Notes: generated from the letters alone by a model not told the origin. DNA of 47,551 nucleotides from Bacteroidota bacterium (GCA_037139855.1 JBAXFM010000003.1:1-47551); one strand, 5' to 3'; shown: positions 1-9,379, numbered from the stretch's first letter. Translations and numbers: made by a program.

Positions 1-1068
1 GGAACACCGGGTTCAAAAGTACTCTATTTTACTGCCAATCCCAATGGAGAGGCCGAAGGGATCCGGGTTGAATTAAAACCCAAGCCCAGGCTGAAAAAAA
101 CTTCTTTTGATTTCAATTTTGCAGAAATCGCCATCAAGGGCCGCAGTTCAATGGGCAATACGCTGACCAAATTTGCAGTCAGAAAAATTGAGCAGCGGCA
201 GGAGGGAATTTCCACGCTTGGTTCTTTGAATATCTGGTATGATGAAACCGTGCAACGTCTCAATACCGATGAACGTGGCGTGCTGCTTGGCGCATTCTCT
301 GGCGCCGACCGTATAATCATTCTGATGCAATCGGGACAATATCGCCTCACCTCGTTCGACCTTTCAACCCATTTCGATGAAGACATGATCCTGCTCGAAA
401 AATACAATCCGGAAAAGGTTTATACGGCTGTTTACCAGGAACATGAAACGAAGCATTATTACATCAAACGATTCAAGGCCGAACTAACCGATAAAAAAGT
501 TGAATTTGTTGAAGATCCCGATAAACTTATCCTTTTTTCTGCCGATCCTTATCCAAAACTGGAAATGTATTTCGATATGAAGTTGAAAACAAAGGGTACT
601 GAGCAGGAGGAGATCGTGGCCCATGAATATATCGGCGTTAAGGGATATAAGGCCAAGGGCAAAAGGCTGTCTGCCCACACGGTGAAGAAGGTCAATTGGC
701 TGGAATCCATCACCATTGAGGAACCTGCTGCACCGGATGAAACCCTGGCCGATGAAATATCTGCACCTTTCCCTTTCAGGGTTGATGCGGTGGAAGACAA
801 AGCAGAAATACAGGTTGAAAGTACACCTCCGGCAGATCAGGGGAGTACCCCAGAACCAATGCCATTGATCGGGATTCCATTGTTGAAACCCGGCATGTTG
901 CCCATGAATTTGCTAACAGAGGACGATATTCCCCGAAACCAGGAACCCCCTGCTCCTGTTTTAACACCCAGAAAACCTCCCAGGAAAAAGAAAACAGAAG
1001 GCGCTGCCGATCCATCCGGTGAGACCGGTGAGCCTGAGTCGGCAGGTCAGATGGAATTGCCTTTGTAA
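1..1068 (+). CDS. parC: DNA topoisomerase IV / gyrase subunit A, C-terminal part (5'-truncated by window edge)
   Basis: Frame 1 is open from base 1 (GTPGSKVLYFTANPNGEAEG...IAIKGRSSMGN...IGVKGYKAKGKRLS), which resembles the Bacteroidota ParC C-terminal region. It ends in a Pro/Glu-rich tail and TAA at 1066-1068. The ORF-track start at 151 is internal. Confidence 0.8.
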   Translation, partial: GTPGSKVLYFTANPNGEAEGIRVELKPKPRLKKTSFDFNFAEIAIKGRSSMGNTLTKFAVRKIEQRQEGISTLGSLNIWYDETVQRLNTDERGVLLGAFSGADRIIILMQSGQYRLTSFDLSTHFDEDMILLEKYNPEKVYTAVYQEHETKHYYIKRFKAELTDKKVEFVEDPDKLILFSADPYPKLEMYFDMKLKTKGTEQEEIVAHEYIGVKGYKAKGKRLSAHTVKKVNWLESITIEEPAAPDETLADEISAPFPFRVDAVEDKAEIQVESTPPADQGSTPEPMPLIGIPLLKPGMLPMNLLTEDDIPRNQEPPAPVLTPRKPPRKKKTEGAADPSGETGEPESAGQMELPL

Positions 1069-1128
1069 GGGAGGGAGGGCCCTTTGGATTTTTATTCTTC
1101 AGTGTTGCATTTTGATTATTTATTTTAT

Positions 1129-1136
1129 TACCTTTC
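1129..1136 (+). promoter_or_regulatory. Possible Bacteroidota -7 promoter element (TACCTTTC) for the sensor operon
   Basis: One mismatch to TAnnTTTG, with TTTG upstream at 1111-1114, ~105 nt before the ATG at 1241. Confidence 0.4.
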
Positions 1137-1240
1137 ACCTCTCATTCATATACTTGGATGGGAGGTGATTGTAATTTTCCGCCTTCACTGCTGATGCGGG
1201 ATTTGATCAATACTGTTTCAGTTTAACCTTCATTTGTAAG

Positions 1241-2641
1241 ATGAATAAATCGAGTGAATTTATTGTAAACGATGAAAGATTAACCTGGGAAAAGGCTTTT
1301 GATGCTATTCCCGACCTGATTGCCATCATCGACAAAGATCATCGCATCGTAAAAGCAAACAAGGCGATGGCCGAAAAACTGCGATGCTCATCCGAAACTG
1401 TTGCAGGCTGCCACTGCTTTGAGGTGATGCATGGTACGCATGAGCCGCCCGATTTTTGTCCACATTCAAGGTTGTTGCTGAGTGAGAATGAAGAACACAG
1501 CGAAGCTGTTGAATCTCGTTTGGGTGGAGTTTACGACATATCTACAACACCTTTGTTCGATAATGAGGGAAGGCTGACCGGAAGCATCCATGTGGCAAGA
1601 GATATCGGCGCTCATCAGAAAAAGGAACAACTGATGGCGGAAAATCTTGCCCTTGCTGACTTCTCTTTGAATCATTCTACCAGTGAACTCCTTACCCGTA
1701 CAATAGATAAAGTTGAATCGCTTACGGGAAGCCAGATTGGTTTTTTTCATTTTCTGGATGAAGATGAAATGACCGTTTCCATGCAGGCCTGGTCGACCAA
1801 CACATTGAATTTCCTGTGTACTACAGAAGGAATTGAAAAACACTATTCAGTGCTTCAGGCCGGGGTATGGGTTGATTGTATCCATGAACGGCGTCCGGTG
1901 ATCCACAACGATTTTGCCAGTCTCCCGCACCGAAAAGGAGTACCGGAAGGTCATGCCACGATTATCAGAGAACTTACCATTCCCGTCATCCGTGGCGAGA
2001 AGGTTGTTGCAGTGATGGGAGTTGGCAACAAACTAACCGACTACGATGAGAATGACATCGAAATTGTAAGTCAATTGACCAACATGGCCTGGGAATACAT
2101 TGTTAGTAAACGTTTTGAAGAAGCGTTAAATAAAAGTGAACAATATGCACGGGCCTTACTGAATGCTATTCCGGACTTGATTTTTCGCATGGACCGTGAC
2201 GGAACATACCTTGATGTAAAGGCTCCAAGGGAGGACTTATACTATCAGACAGATTCAATAATTGGGAAGAACAACAGGGATCTTTCTCCACCTGATTTTG
2301 CCGATCTGATTGAGGCAAAGATCTATTTAACCCTGGAGCATGGAAATATGGAGGTTTTTGAATATGAATTACCATTGCCAGGGAAGGGCATCCGCCATTT
2401 TGAAGCAAGGATGGTGTCAAATGGACCTGATGAAATTACAGCCATCGCACGTGATATTACCGATTGGAAGCAAACAAATGAAGCGCTTAAAAAGAAAATA
2501 GGGGAACTGGAATGGTTTAACCGTATGATGGTTGACCGGGAGGTGAAAATGATAGAATTGAAGAAGGAAATTAACATACTGGCCAACAGACTCGGGGAAG
2601 ATGACCGTTATGTAATACATTTTAATCAAGATATAAAATGA
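1241..2641 (+). CDS. Cytoplasmic PAS-GAF-PAS sensor with conserved C-terminal coiled-coil tail and no output domain
   Basis: PAS (FDAIPDLIAIIDKDHRIVKANKA...HVARDI), GAF (SQIGFFHF...RPVIHND...GVGNK) and PAS (LNAIPDLIFRMDRDG...ARDITD), then ELEWFNRMMVDREVKMIELKKEIN and stop. Confidence 0.85.
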   Translation: MNKSSEFIVNDERLTWEKAFDAIPDLIAIIDKDHRIVKANKAMAEKLRCSSETVAGCHCFEVMHGTHEPPDFCPHSRLLLSENEEHSEAVESRLGGVYDISTTPLFDNEGRLTGSIHVARDIGAHQKKEQLMAENLALADFSLNHSTSELLTRTIDKVESLTGSQIGFFHFLDEDEMTVSMQAWSTNTLNFLCTTEGIEKHYSVLQAGVWVDCIHERRPVIHNDFASLPHRKGVPEGHATIIRELTIPVIRGEKVVAVMGVGNKLTDYDENDIEIVSQLTNMAWEYIVSKRFEEALNKSEQYARALLNAIPDLIFRMDRDGTYLDVKAPREDLYYQTDSIIGKNNRDLSPPDFADLIEAKIYLTLEHGNMEVFEYELPLPGKGIRHFEARMVSNGPDEITAIARDITDWKQTNEALKKKIGELEWFNRMMVDREVKMIELKKEINILANRLGEDDRYVIHFNQDIK

Positions 2642-3732
2642 TTGTTGTCGCATTAATTTTTAACCTTGCAGTTCTCGTTTCAGTCAGTGTTTTTTCTGGT
2701 TTTATTGATAACCGTTATAAACGCAATTCAACTACTGGTGTTGTTTTTCAGGGCTTGCTGTTTGGCATGGTTGCATTGGTTGGGATGCTGGACCCATTCG
2801 TCCTTGCACCGGGGATTTTCTTTGATGGCCGGAGTGTGGTACTCAGCCTCTGCGGGCTTTTCTTTGGTCCGGTGGCTGGTGTGATTTCTGCGGCGATTGC
2901 ATTGGCATATCGGTTATATGCCGGAGGCGTAGGAGTTTACATGGGTGTATCCGTGATTATTTCTTCGACGTTGATCGGGGTGTTTTTTTATTACGTTAAG
3001 AAAGTAACAGGAAAACAGTCTAATACATGGTTTCTTTACGGCCTTGGCTTGATTGTGCATATTGTGATGGTGCTGCTTGTGTTTGCCATTCCCTCACCGA
3101 TGCGTTTGATCACATTTAAAACCCTGACCATTACCATTCTGGGAATTTACCCGCTTGCAACGGTCCTTATAGGGAAAATATTGAAAGATCATGAAAACAG
3201 CGCCGGTCGGAAAATAGCTGAAGCGGCTTTGCTGGAAAGCGAAAACAGGTTTACACTTTTTATGGACCACTTACCCGCTTTTGTTTTCATCAAGGATAGT
3301 AATTTCAAGTCAATTTATGTCAATAAGAAAATAGATGAAATGCTTGGAGCTTCTGCATGGATTGGTTTAACGCCCCCGGAATTTTTTCCGGGAGGATTCG
3401 GCGAAAAACTACTGGCCGACGATCATCATGCCATGGAATCAGGTTATGTGAAAGTAGAAGAAAACCGTCCTGATCTCAAAGGTGTGATGCACTTTTATGA
3501 AACTCAAAAATTCATCATCCCGCGTCAGGGTAAAGAACCATTGCTGGGCGGAATATCCATCGATATTACCGACCGCAAACGTGCCGAGGAGGAACTCAGG
3601 GAGAACACCCGGGAACTCAAGCAGTTTAACAGTCTGATGATTGGCCGGGAGCTGAAAATGGTTGAGCTGAAAAAAGAGATCAATGCATTGCTCATCAACA
3701 TGGGGGAGGAAGAAAAATATGTTATTCATTAA
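2638..3732 (+). CDS. 5TM-5TMR_LYT (LytS/YhcK-type) membrane sensor + PAS with the same C-terminal tail and no output domain
   Basis: Hydrophobic N-terminus with FDGRSVVLSLCGLFFGP...AYRLYAGGVG, a PAS ending ISIDITDRK, then ELKQFNSLMIGRELKMVELKKEIN. ATGA overlap with the upstream gene. Confidence 0.85.
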   Translation: MIVVALIFNLAVLVSVSVFSGFIDNRYKRNSTTGVVFQGLLFGMVALVGMLDPFVLAPGIFFDGRSVVLSLCGLFFGPVAGVISAAIALAYRLYAGGVGVYMGVSVIISSTLIGVFFYYVKKVTGKQSNTWFLYGLGLIVHIVMVLLVFAIPSPMRLITFKTLTITILGIYPLATVLIGKILKDHENSAGRKIAEAALLESENRFTLFMDHLPAFVFIKDSNFKSIYVNKKIDEMLGASAWIGLTPPEFFPGGFGEKLLADDHHAMESGYVKVEENRPDLKGVMHFYETQKFIIPRQGKEPLLGGISIDITDRKRAEEELRENTRELKQFNSLMIGRELKMVELKKEINALLINMGEEEKYVIH

Positions 3733-3748
3733 AAAAATCAGCTGAACC

Positions 3749-5530
3749 ATGAACTCCCTTGAACCTGATAAAAGCATGCTTGCCCTCGCCCTTAAAAGTA
3801 TCGGCAATTGTGTTTGTATTTCGGACCTGAATGACAACATTATCTTCGTCAATGAATCATTTAGCCAAACCTTTGGATACAGTATCGAAGAACTCCGTGG
3901 AAAACCGATCAATGTCGTTCGGTCCGACTATAATGATCCAGAAAAAGTGTCGGTTATTTTTGCCGAAACACTCAAGGGGGGCTGGCGGGGTGAACTCATG
4001 AACCGCAGGAAAGATGGCACGGATTTTCCGGTTAGCGTTGCTACCTCTGTGATACTGGATGACAACGGAAAGCCAATCGCTGTGATGGGGGTAGCCAATG
4101 ATATTACCGAAACCAAGCGGATGCAGGCAAAGTTCAGGTCTGTGGCGGACCTCTTCCAGAATATGGGATCCGATACAACAAAGAATATTGACACAATCGT
4201 AGCCTGTGCCTGCGATGTAATCGGAGGGGCCGCATCTTTGTATAACAAGCTTGACGACACCGACTGTTCCCTGGTGGTGTGGGCTGGTCACAATCTGCCG
4301 TCGGAAATGGAGCGCAGGGATTCACCTGAAGGACACATTTGTTATGAAGCAACCATCAAAGGCCAGGACAAACCAGTTGTATTGGGTGATCTTTCTACGA
4401 CATCCTATGTGAAGTCAGACCCGAATGTTGTCCGGTTTGGATTTCGGTCATACATCGGCGCCCCCGTAAAGCGAAGAGGCAAAGCCATCGGCTCTTTGGC
4501 TGTGGTTGATTTGGTTTCACGTGAATTTACACCTGAAGAAATCGACCTTATTGGGATTCTTGCCAGCGCCCTTTCGCAGGAGGAGGAACGCCAGGATGCT
4601 ATAATGATTCTTGAAACCGCTGTACAACAGTCGCCTTCGGGTATCCTCATCGCCGATGCCCCCGATGTGAAGATCCGAATCGCCAACTCAAAGGCAATCG
4701 CCATCCTGCAAGGTGAGTCGGAAGGTGATACAGATTACGGATTGCATGGCGTTTCACGGTCGTGGACAACTTTCAGGCCCGATGGAACACTCTTATCTTT
4801 AGACCAACTTCCCCTGACACGGGCAATACAATACGGTGAAATTGCAGAAAATGAAGAGTTTATCATCCAAGCTGCGAATGGCGTCGAACATTTTGTTTCT
4901 GTCAATGCAGCTCCCGTAAGAAACACTGAAGGGGTCATCACTGCCGGAGTGGTGATGTTTCACGATATCACTGCCAAAAGACAAACGGAGCAGGAACTTA
5001 GAGAGAGCGAGGATCGGTTGCGGACCCTCATCAATGCCATGCCCGATATAGTTTGTTTCAAGGATGGAGAAGGCAGGTGGCTGGAAGCCAATGATTTTGA
5101 CCTTAAATTATTCGAACTTCAGGGAATAGATTACAAGGGTAAAAAAGATTCAGAACTTGCCCTCGAAAGTGGTTTTTACAAGGAAGCTTTTCTTGGCTGT
5201 GAGGAATCAGATGAAAAAGCCTGGGTCCACAAAGCTGCCTTAAGAGCAGATGAAACTATCCCATGCCCCAACGGACCTTCAAAAGTATTTGACATAATCA
5301 AGGTTCCTGCCTTTGATGAAAAAGGAGCACGGAAAGGATTGGTGGTAGTTGGCCGGGATGTTACCGAACGCATTCATGCTCAAAACGCCCTTCAGCATAA
5401 GGCTAGAGAGTTGGAACGGTTTAATAACCTGATGATTGGAAGAGAATTGAAGATGATTGAATTGAAGAAAGAGATCAATGAATTGCTTATTAAATCGGGA
5501 CATCCTGAAAAATACATGATCCATGAATAA
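3749..5530 (+). CDS. PAS-GAF-PAS-PAS sensor with the same C-terminal tail and no output domain
   Basis: PAS (WRGELMNRRKDGTDFPV...NDITE), GAF (RSYIGAPVKRRGKAIGSLAVVD) and two more PAS domains (FHDITA; GRDVTE), then ELERFNNLMIGRELKMIELKKEIN. Confidence 0.85.
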   Translation: MNSLEPDKSMLALALKSIGNCVCISDLNDNIIFVNESFSQTFGYSIEELRGKPINVVRSDYNDPEKVSVIFAETLKGGWRGELMNRRKDGTDFPVSVATSVILDDNGKPIAVMGVANDITETKRMQAKFRSVADLFQNMGSDTTKNIDTIVACACDVIGGAASLYNKLDDTDCSLVVWAGHNLPSEMERRDSPEGHICYEATIKGQDKPVVLGDLSTTSYVKSDPNVVRFGFRSYIGAPVKRRGKAIGSLAVVDLVSREFTPEEIDLIGILASALSQEEERQDAIMILETAVQQSPSGILIADAPDVKIRIANSKAIAILQGESEGDTDYGLHGVSRSWTTFRPDGTLLSLDQLPLTRAIQYGEIAENEEFIIQAANGVEHFVSVNAAPVRNTEGVITAGVVMFHDITAKRQTEQELRESEDRLRTLINAMPDIVCFKDGEGRWLEANDFDLKLFELQGIDYKGKKDSELALESGFYKEAFLGCEESDEKAWVHKAALRADETIPCPNGPSKVFDIIKVPAFDEKGARKGLVVVGRDVTERIHAQNALQHKARELERFNNLMIGRELKMIELKKEINELLIKSGHPEKYMIHE

Positions 5531-8408
5531 CCTGCGGATTATTTTCGCCATTGTCTCTTGCTGTATATTTGAGCAAGTTGGATTCCCTCAACAATACTTT
5601 ACCAAGTCGTACACCATTGAAAATGGTTTGCCAACCAGAATTGTCAACGATGCCTGTCAGGATAGCAATGGAGTCATGTGGTTTGCTACCTTTAACGGTA
5701 TTTCTTCCTATGATGGATTTCGTTTTACAAATTTTGATGCGAATAATGGTCTGCCCCGGCATTCTTATCGTAAAGTGAAATTTGATCAGGCCGGAGTTTT
5801 ATGGGGAATCCCATATAGCATATGTGATACACTCGTTTGTTTCCATCATGGCAGCTGGAAAAAAATCAATCCTCCCTCCAAAAATCCGAAAATTGAAGTT
5901 TCTGCATTTGATTTATGCACCCGAAACAGACAAACAGTGATATGTATTGGTCATTTTTCCGGACTTGATATTTTGCAGGATGGCCGATGGATTCATGTTG
6001 ATGTTTCAAAAGATCCTTTAAAAAATCAGATATTCTCCGTGATTTCAAAAGATGGAAACTTTCTTGTTCTGACAAAAACCGGAATATGGATATTGGATCA
6101 GGATAAAAATGGATGGGGGATCAAAGAATATTATCTGTCAGCGGGAGATCCAATTCTTGCAATGTATGTTGAAGGGCAGGGTAGAACCGATGAAAAACTA
6201 TGGATGTTAACTTCCCACCGTTTGATGTATCTCATTCATGGGAAGCTGAATATTTTCGCGGATAATTTTAGCCTTCCCGAAACAAATACCCTTGGGAAAG
6301 CCTTTTTGAATTTTGATAACCATGGCAATGTTTACTTTGGAAATAACTTCGGAAAATATTTTATCAGATCAACCGGAAGCAAAGCATTCCCGCTTCTGGT
6401 CAAAAATGGCTTTTCATCAAATGGAGCAGCTGGCCTTTTCATTGACAGGGAGGATAATTTATGGTTTTTGGATTCCCGTGGTGTTGATAAAATTAATAAT
6501 CTGATGGGTTTGAATTATTTTCAAAACCACGGATTGCTAGAAAATGAGGTGACTGCCATCTTAGAACTGGCTAATGGCGGATTTGTATTCGGGCACAACA
6601 AGGGAATCACGGTATTTGATGGTCAAAAATTCACAAGGTTTCCTTTTTCAGTCTCCGATGACATTCAGGCCAGGGTGATGGATATCATCCAGGATAAGCA
6701 GGGAAATGTGTGGATTGCCGCCAGCCGGCTTGGATTTGGAAAGATGATGAAAGATGGGAAATTCAAATGGTATCCGATGGATTCAAATTCACTGGCCGTT
6801 TCGATACACCAGGATCTCCACGGGCGAATTTGGATGAGTTCATCCCAGGAGTTATTCTATCTGAAAAACGATCGGTTAATTCCATATGAACACAACGATC
6901 GGATTAGTTCCCCTTTCAGGAAAATATTTTCTGCCGGGAAGGATGAAATTATCGGAGTAGGGTTGTATGGGGCCTATGTCGTTTCTGAAAATAAGGTGCG
7001 TAAAATACCGTTTGACGGGGAAGACAGAATGATAGGCTTTTTTACCTATTTTAAAAGCAGGTCAGGTATTGAATATTTTGGTACGTCGGAAGGACTTTAT
7101 TTCATGAACAATGGTGCAATCCGGAAGTTTCGCCAAAACGGGATCAGCATTGACAGCCCGGTCTATTTTATTTTTCAGGATACCGATCAGAATTATTGGA
7201 TCGGATCGAACAATGGCGTAATAAAATGGGATGGAAAAACCAGGATTGAAACATTGTCAATAAAAAATGGGTTGGCCGGAAGGGAGACAAACCGCTCAGC
7301 AGGAATGGTTGATTCACATGGGGGTGTATGGATTGGAACAGATATGGGCCTTTCCAGTTTTATGAAAGGATTCTCAGGGTTTAACACCAAGATACCCGTG
7401 ATTAAATTGCTGAATATCGAAGATACGAAAGGAAACCATCATTCATTTATTGATAATATCTTCATCGGATTTAATGATAATACATTGGTTTTCCATTTCA
7501 GAGGCATCTCCTTTGTGAATGAAGAATTAATTTCTTATCGTTACAAACTTGAAGGATTTGATCATGATTGGCAAGTTGCAAATCAGCCGAACCTGGATAA
7601 AATTAAGTTTTCCGGACTGAAACCTGGTAAATACCGATTCATAGTTCAGGCAAGAAATGCTTCCGGCGACTGGTCGGAAATTGCCTGTTCAGGATTCATT
7701 ACCATTAAAACACCGGTTTTCCGGACATGGTGGTTTATCCTGATCGTTTTAATAGTGATTAGTGCTATCATCTTTGGAATTTATAAACTGATATTGCAGC
7801 GTCAATATAATCTGAGGCTGGAAAAGGAGATTTCGGAACGCAAACTGGCAGAGCAACTACTCAGGGAAAGTCAGGAACTGTATAAACTCATTACTGATAA
7901 AATGGCAGATGTGGTTTGGCTGATGGATTTATATGGAAAAAGTACCTTCGTTTCGCCTTCAATTGAGCAATTCACCGGGTTCAGTGTAAATGAGTATTTG
8001 CAGCAAACCATAGAAAATCGGTTTGCTCCCGACTCGGTGGAGGTCGTCAAACGACAGTTCGGGAATGAACTGCCCCGACTCATTGCACAACCGGAATCAT
8101 TGCACGGATACATTAATACGCAAAGGCTGGAATATAACTGCAAAAATGGGGGTACCAAATGGGGTGAATTGCTCATGACACCTCTTTTTGGTCCAAATGG
8201 CGCTTTGCTTGGAATTCACGGGGTTACGCGCGACATCACCGAAGGTAAACAGGCTGAAGAATCGTTGAAGCAGAAAGCTCGGGAACTCGAAAGCTTTAAC
8301 AGCCTCATGATCGGCCGGGAGTTGAAGATGATCGAACTGAAAAAAGAGATCAATGAATTGCTGTTAAAGTTGAACAAACCCGAAAAATACACCGTTCATG
8401 AATTATAA
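5523..8408 (+). CDS. Periplasmic beta-propeller (Reg_prop) + Y_Y_Y + TM + PAS sensor with the same C-terminal tail and no output domain
   Basis: Signal peptide, repeated GL.../QD..G..W propeller motifs, Y_Y_Y (YRYKLEGFDHDW...LKPGKYRFIVQARN), TM (TWWFILIVLIVISAII) and PAS (GVTRDITE), then ELESFNSLMIGRELKMIELKKEIN. Confidence 0.87.
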   Translation: MNNLRIIFAIVSCCIFEQVGFPQQYFTKSYTIENGLPTRIVNDACQDSNGVMWFATFNGISSYDGFRFTNFDANNGLPRHSYRKVKFDQAGVLWGIPYSICDTLVCFHHGSWKKINPPSKNPKIEVSAFDLCTRNRQTVICIGHFSGLDILQDGRWIHVDVSKDPLKNQIFSVISKDGNFLVLTKTGIWILDQDKNGWGIKEYYLSAGDPILAMYVEGQGRTDEKLWMLTSHRLMYLIHGKLNIFADNFSLPETNTLGKAFLNFDNHGNVYFGNNFGKYFIRSTGSKAFPLLVKNGFSSNGAAGLFIDREDNLWFLDSRGVDKINNLMGLNYFQNHGLLENEVTAILELANGGFVFGHNKGITVFDGQKFTRFPFSVSDDIQARVMDIIQDKQGNVWIAASRLGFGKMMKDGKFKWYPMDSNSLAVSIHQDLHGRIWMSSSQELFYLKNDRLIPYEHNDRISSPFRKIFSAGKDEIIGVGLYGAYVVSENKVRKIPFDGEDRMIGFFTYFKSRSGIEYFGTSEGLYFMNNGAIRKFRQNGISIDSPVYFIFQDTDQNYWIGSNNGVIKWDGKTRIETLSIKNGLAGRETNRSAGMVDSHGGVWIGTDMGLSSFMKGFSGFNTKIPVIKLLNIEDTKGNHHSFIDNIFIGFNDNTLVFHFRGISFVNEELISYRYKLEGFDHDWQVANQPNLDKIKFSGLKPGKYRFIVQARNASGDWSEIACSGFITIKTPVFRTWWFILIVLIVISAIIFGIYKLILQRQYNLRLEKEISERKLAEQLLRESQELYKLITDKMADVVWLMDLYGKSTFVSPSIEQFTGFSVNEYLQQTIENRFAPDSVEVVKRQFGNELPRLIAQPESLHGYINTQRLEYNCKNGGTKWGELLMTPLFGPNGALLGIHGVTRDITEGKQAEESLKQKARELESFNSLMIGRELKMIELKKEINELLLKLNKPEKYTVHEL

Positions 8409-8414
8409 TTATTA

Positions 8415-9236
8415 ATGACTACTCAGCAAATCATTGAAAAATTGCAGTTTCAATATGGACAAGATTTTTCTGTTTATGCCACTTCTTTTCTGAGGAATGC
8501 ATTGGGAATAAGAGTAAAGGAAACAGGGTTACCTGGTTTGAACTCTTACCTGGATTTTATTGCCCAGGATAACGATGAGTTGAAAAAATTGACCAATTCC
8601 CTTCATATTAACTATTCCTTATTCTTCAGAAACCTATTGGATACCTCACTATTTGAGTGTTGCATATTGCCTGAACTGATACAATCTAAAGAAAAATACA
8701 ACTCCCGCTCGTTCAGGATGTGGTCGGTTGGTTGTGCAGAAGGCCCTGAACCGTATTCATTCGCCATGCTGGCCGATAAAGTGATCAGCGACAGGCAGTG
8801 CGAGATTCCTGTGATGGTGTTTGGTACCGACATTTCAAGCGCTGCACTCGACAAGGCACGTGAGGGAACCTATGGTGAGCAAGCCATGCAAAATGTAAAA
8901 CTTTCATTCCTCGACCGGTTTTTTGTGCTGAATCAAACACAATATTCAGTGAAGAACCATATAAAAAACCAAGTGTATTTTTCGGAAGGCGATATCATTG
9001 ATCCCTGTTATAATTCACCACCCGCAGCGATCTTTGCTGATTTCGATCTGGTGAGCTGCTGCAATCTGATGATATATTATCAGCAGGAGATTCAACAAAA
9101 GATCCTTGAAAAACTTCACAGGTCACTGGCACAAAATGGTTATTTGCTTGTTGGAGAATCAGAAAGATTGATTGTTGAGAAATTTGGAAAGTTCCGGAAG
9201 TTATATCCTTTGGGAAATGTTTTTATAAGGAAATAA
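8415..9236 (+). CDS. cheR: CheR-family SAM-dependent protein methyltransferase (atypical)
   Basis: Motifs INYSLFFRN, MWSVGCAEGPEPYS, GTDIS..ALDKAREGTY, FDLVSCCNLMIYY and GYLLVGESE. Confidence 0.85.
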   Translation: MTTQQIIEKLQFQYGQDFSVYATSFLRNALGIRVKETGLPGLNSYLDFIAQDNDELKKLTNSLHINYSLFFRNLLDTSLFECCILPELIQSKEKYNSRSFRMWSVGCAEGPEPYSFAMLADKVISDRQCEIPVMVFGTDISSAALDKAREGTYGEQAMQNVKLSFLDRFFVLNQTQYSVKNHIKNQVYFSEGDIIDPCYNSPPAAIFADFDLVSCCNLMIYYQQEIQQKILEKLHRSLAQNGYLLVGESERLIVEKFGKFRKLYPLGNVFIRK

Positions 9237-9245
9237 AAAGAGAGT

Positions 9246-9318
9246 CCCTTTCGCCAGCCCCTTTCCCAAAAAGGGAAGGGGAGTACTTTCCTTTTTGGGA
9301 AAGGATTGAGGGTTGGGG
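9246..9318. repeat. GC-rich nested inverted repeat (REP-like element, possible terminator)
   Basis: cctttcccaaaaagg (9260-9274) is the reverse complement of cctttttgggaaagg (9290-9304). An alternative hairpin cccctttccc/gggaagggg is possible. Same layout as 28860-28935. Confidence 0.7.
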
Positions 9319-9371
9319 AATTATTGGTATATCCATTGTTAATATAATAGATTGATAAAAAAAAAATCTTG

Positions 9372-9379
9372 TAACTTTG
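9372..9379 (+). promoter_or_regulatory. Bacteroidota -7 promoter element TAACTTTG for the histidine kinase
   Basis: Exact TAnnTTTG match 41 nt before the ATG at 9421, with TTG at 9352-9354. Confidence 0.65.

Noticed and set aside
1155-1205. Fluoride-riboswitch-like words (GGTGAT...CCGCC...GCTGATG) in the leader
   Set aside because: Lacks the GATGG/GTTC pairing and the GATGAC.CCT pseudoknot end, and the downstream gene is unrelated. An Infernal RF01734 search would settle it.
1241-8408. The four sensors as truncated histidine-kinase pseudogenes
   Set aside because: No kinase remnants follow the stops, the next genes start immediately, and all four end in the same conserved tail.
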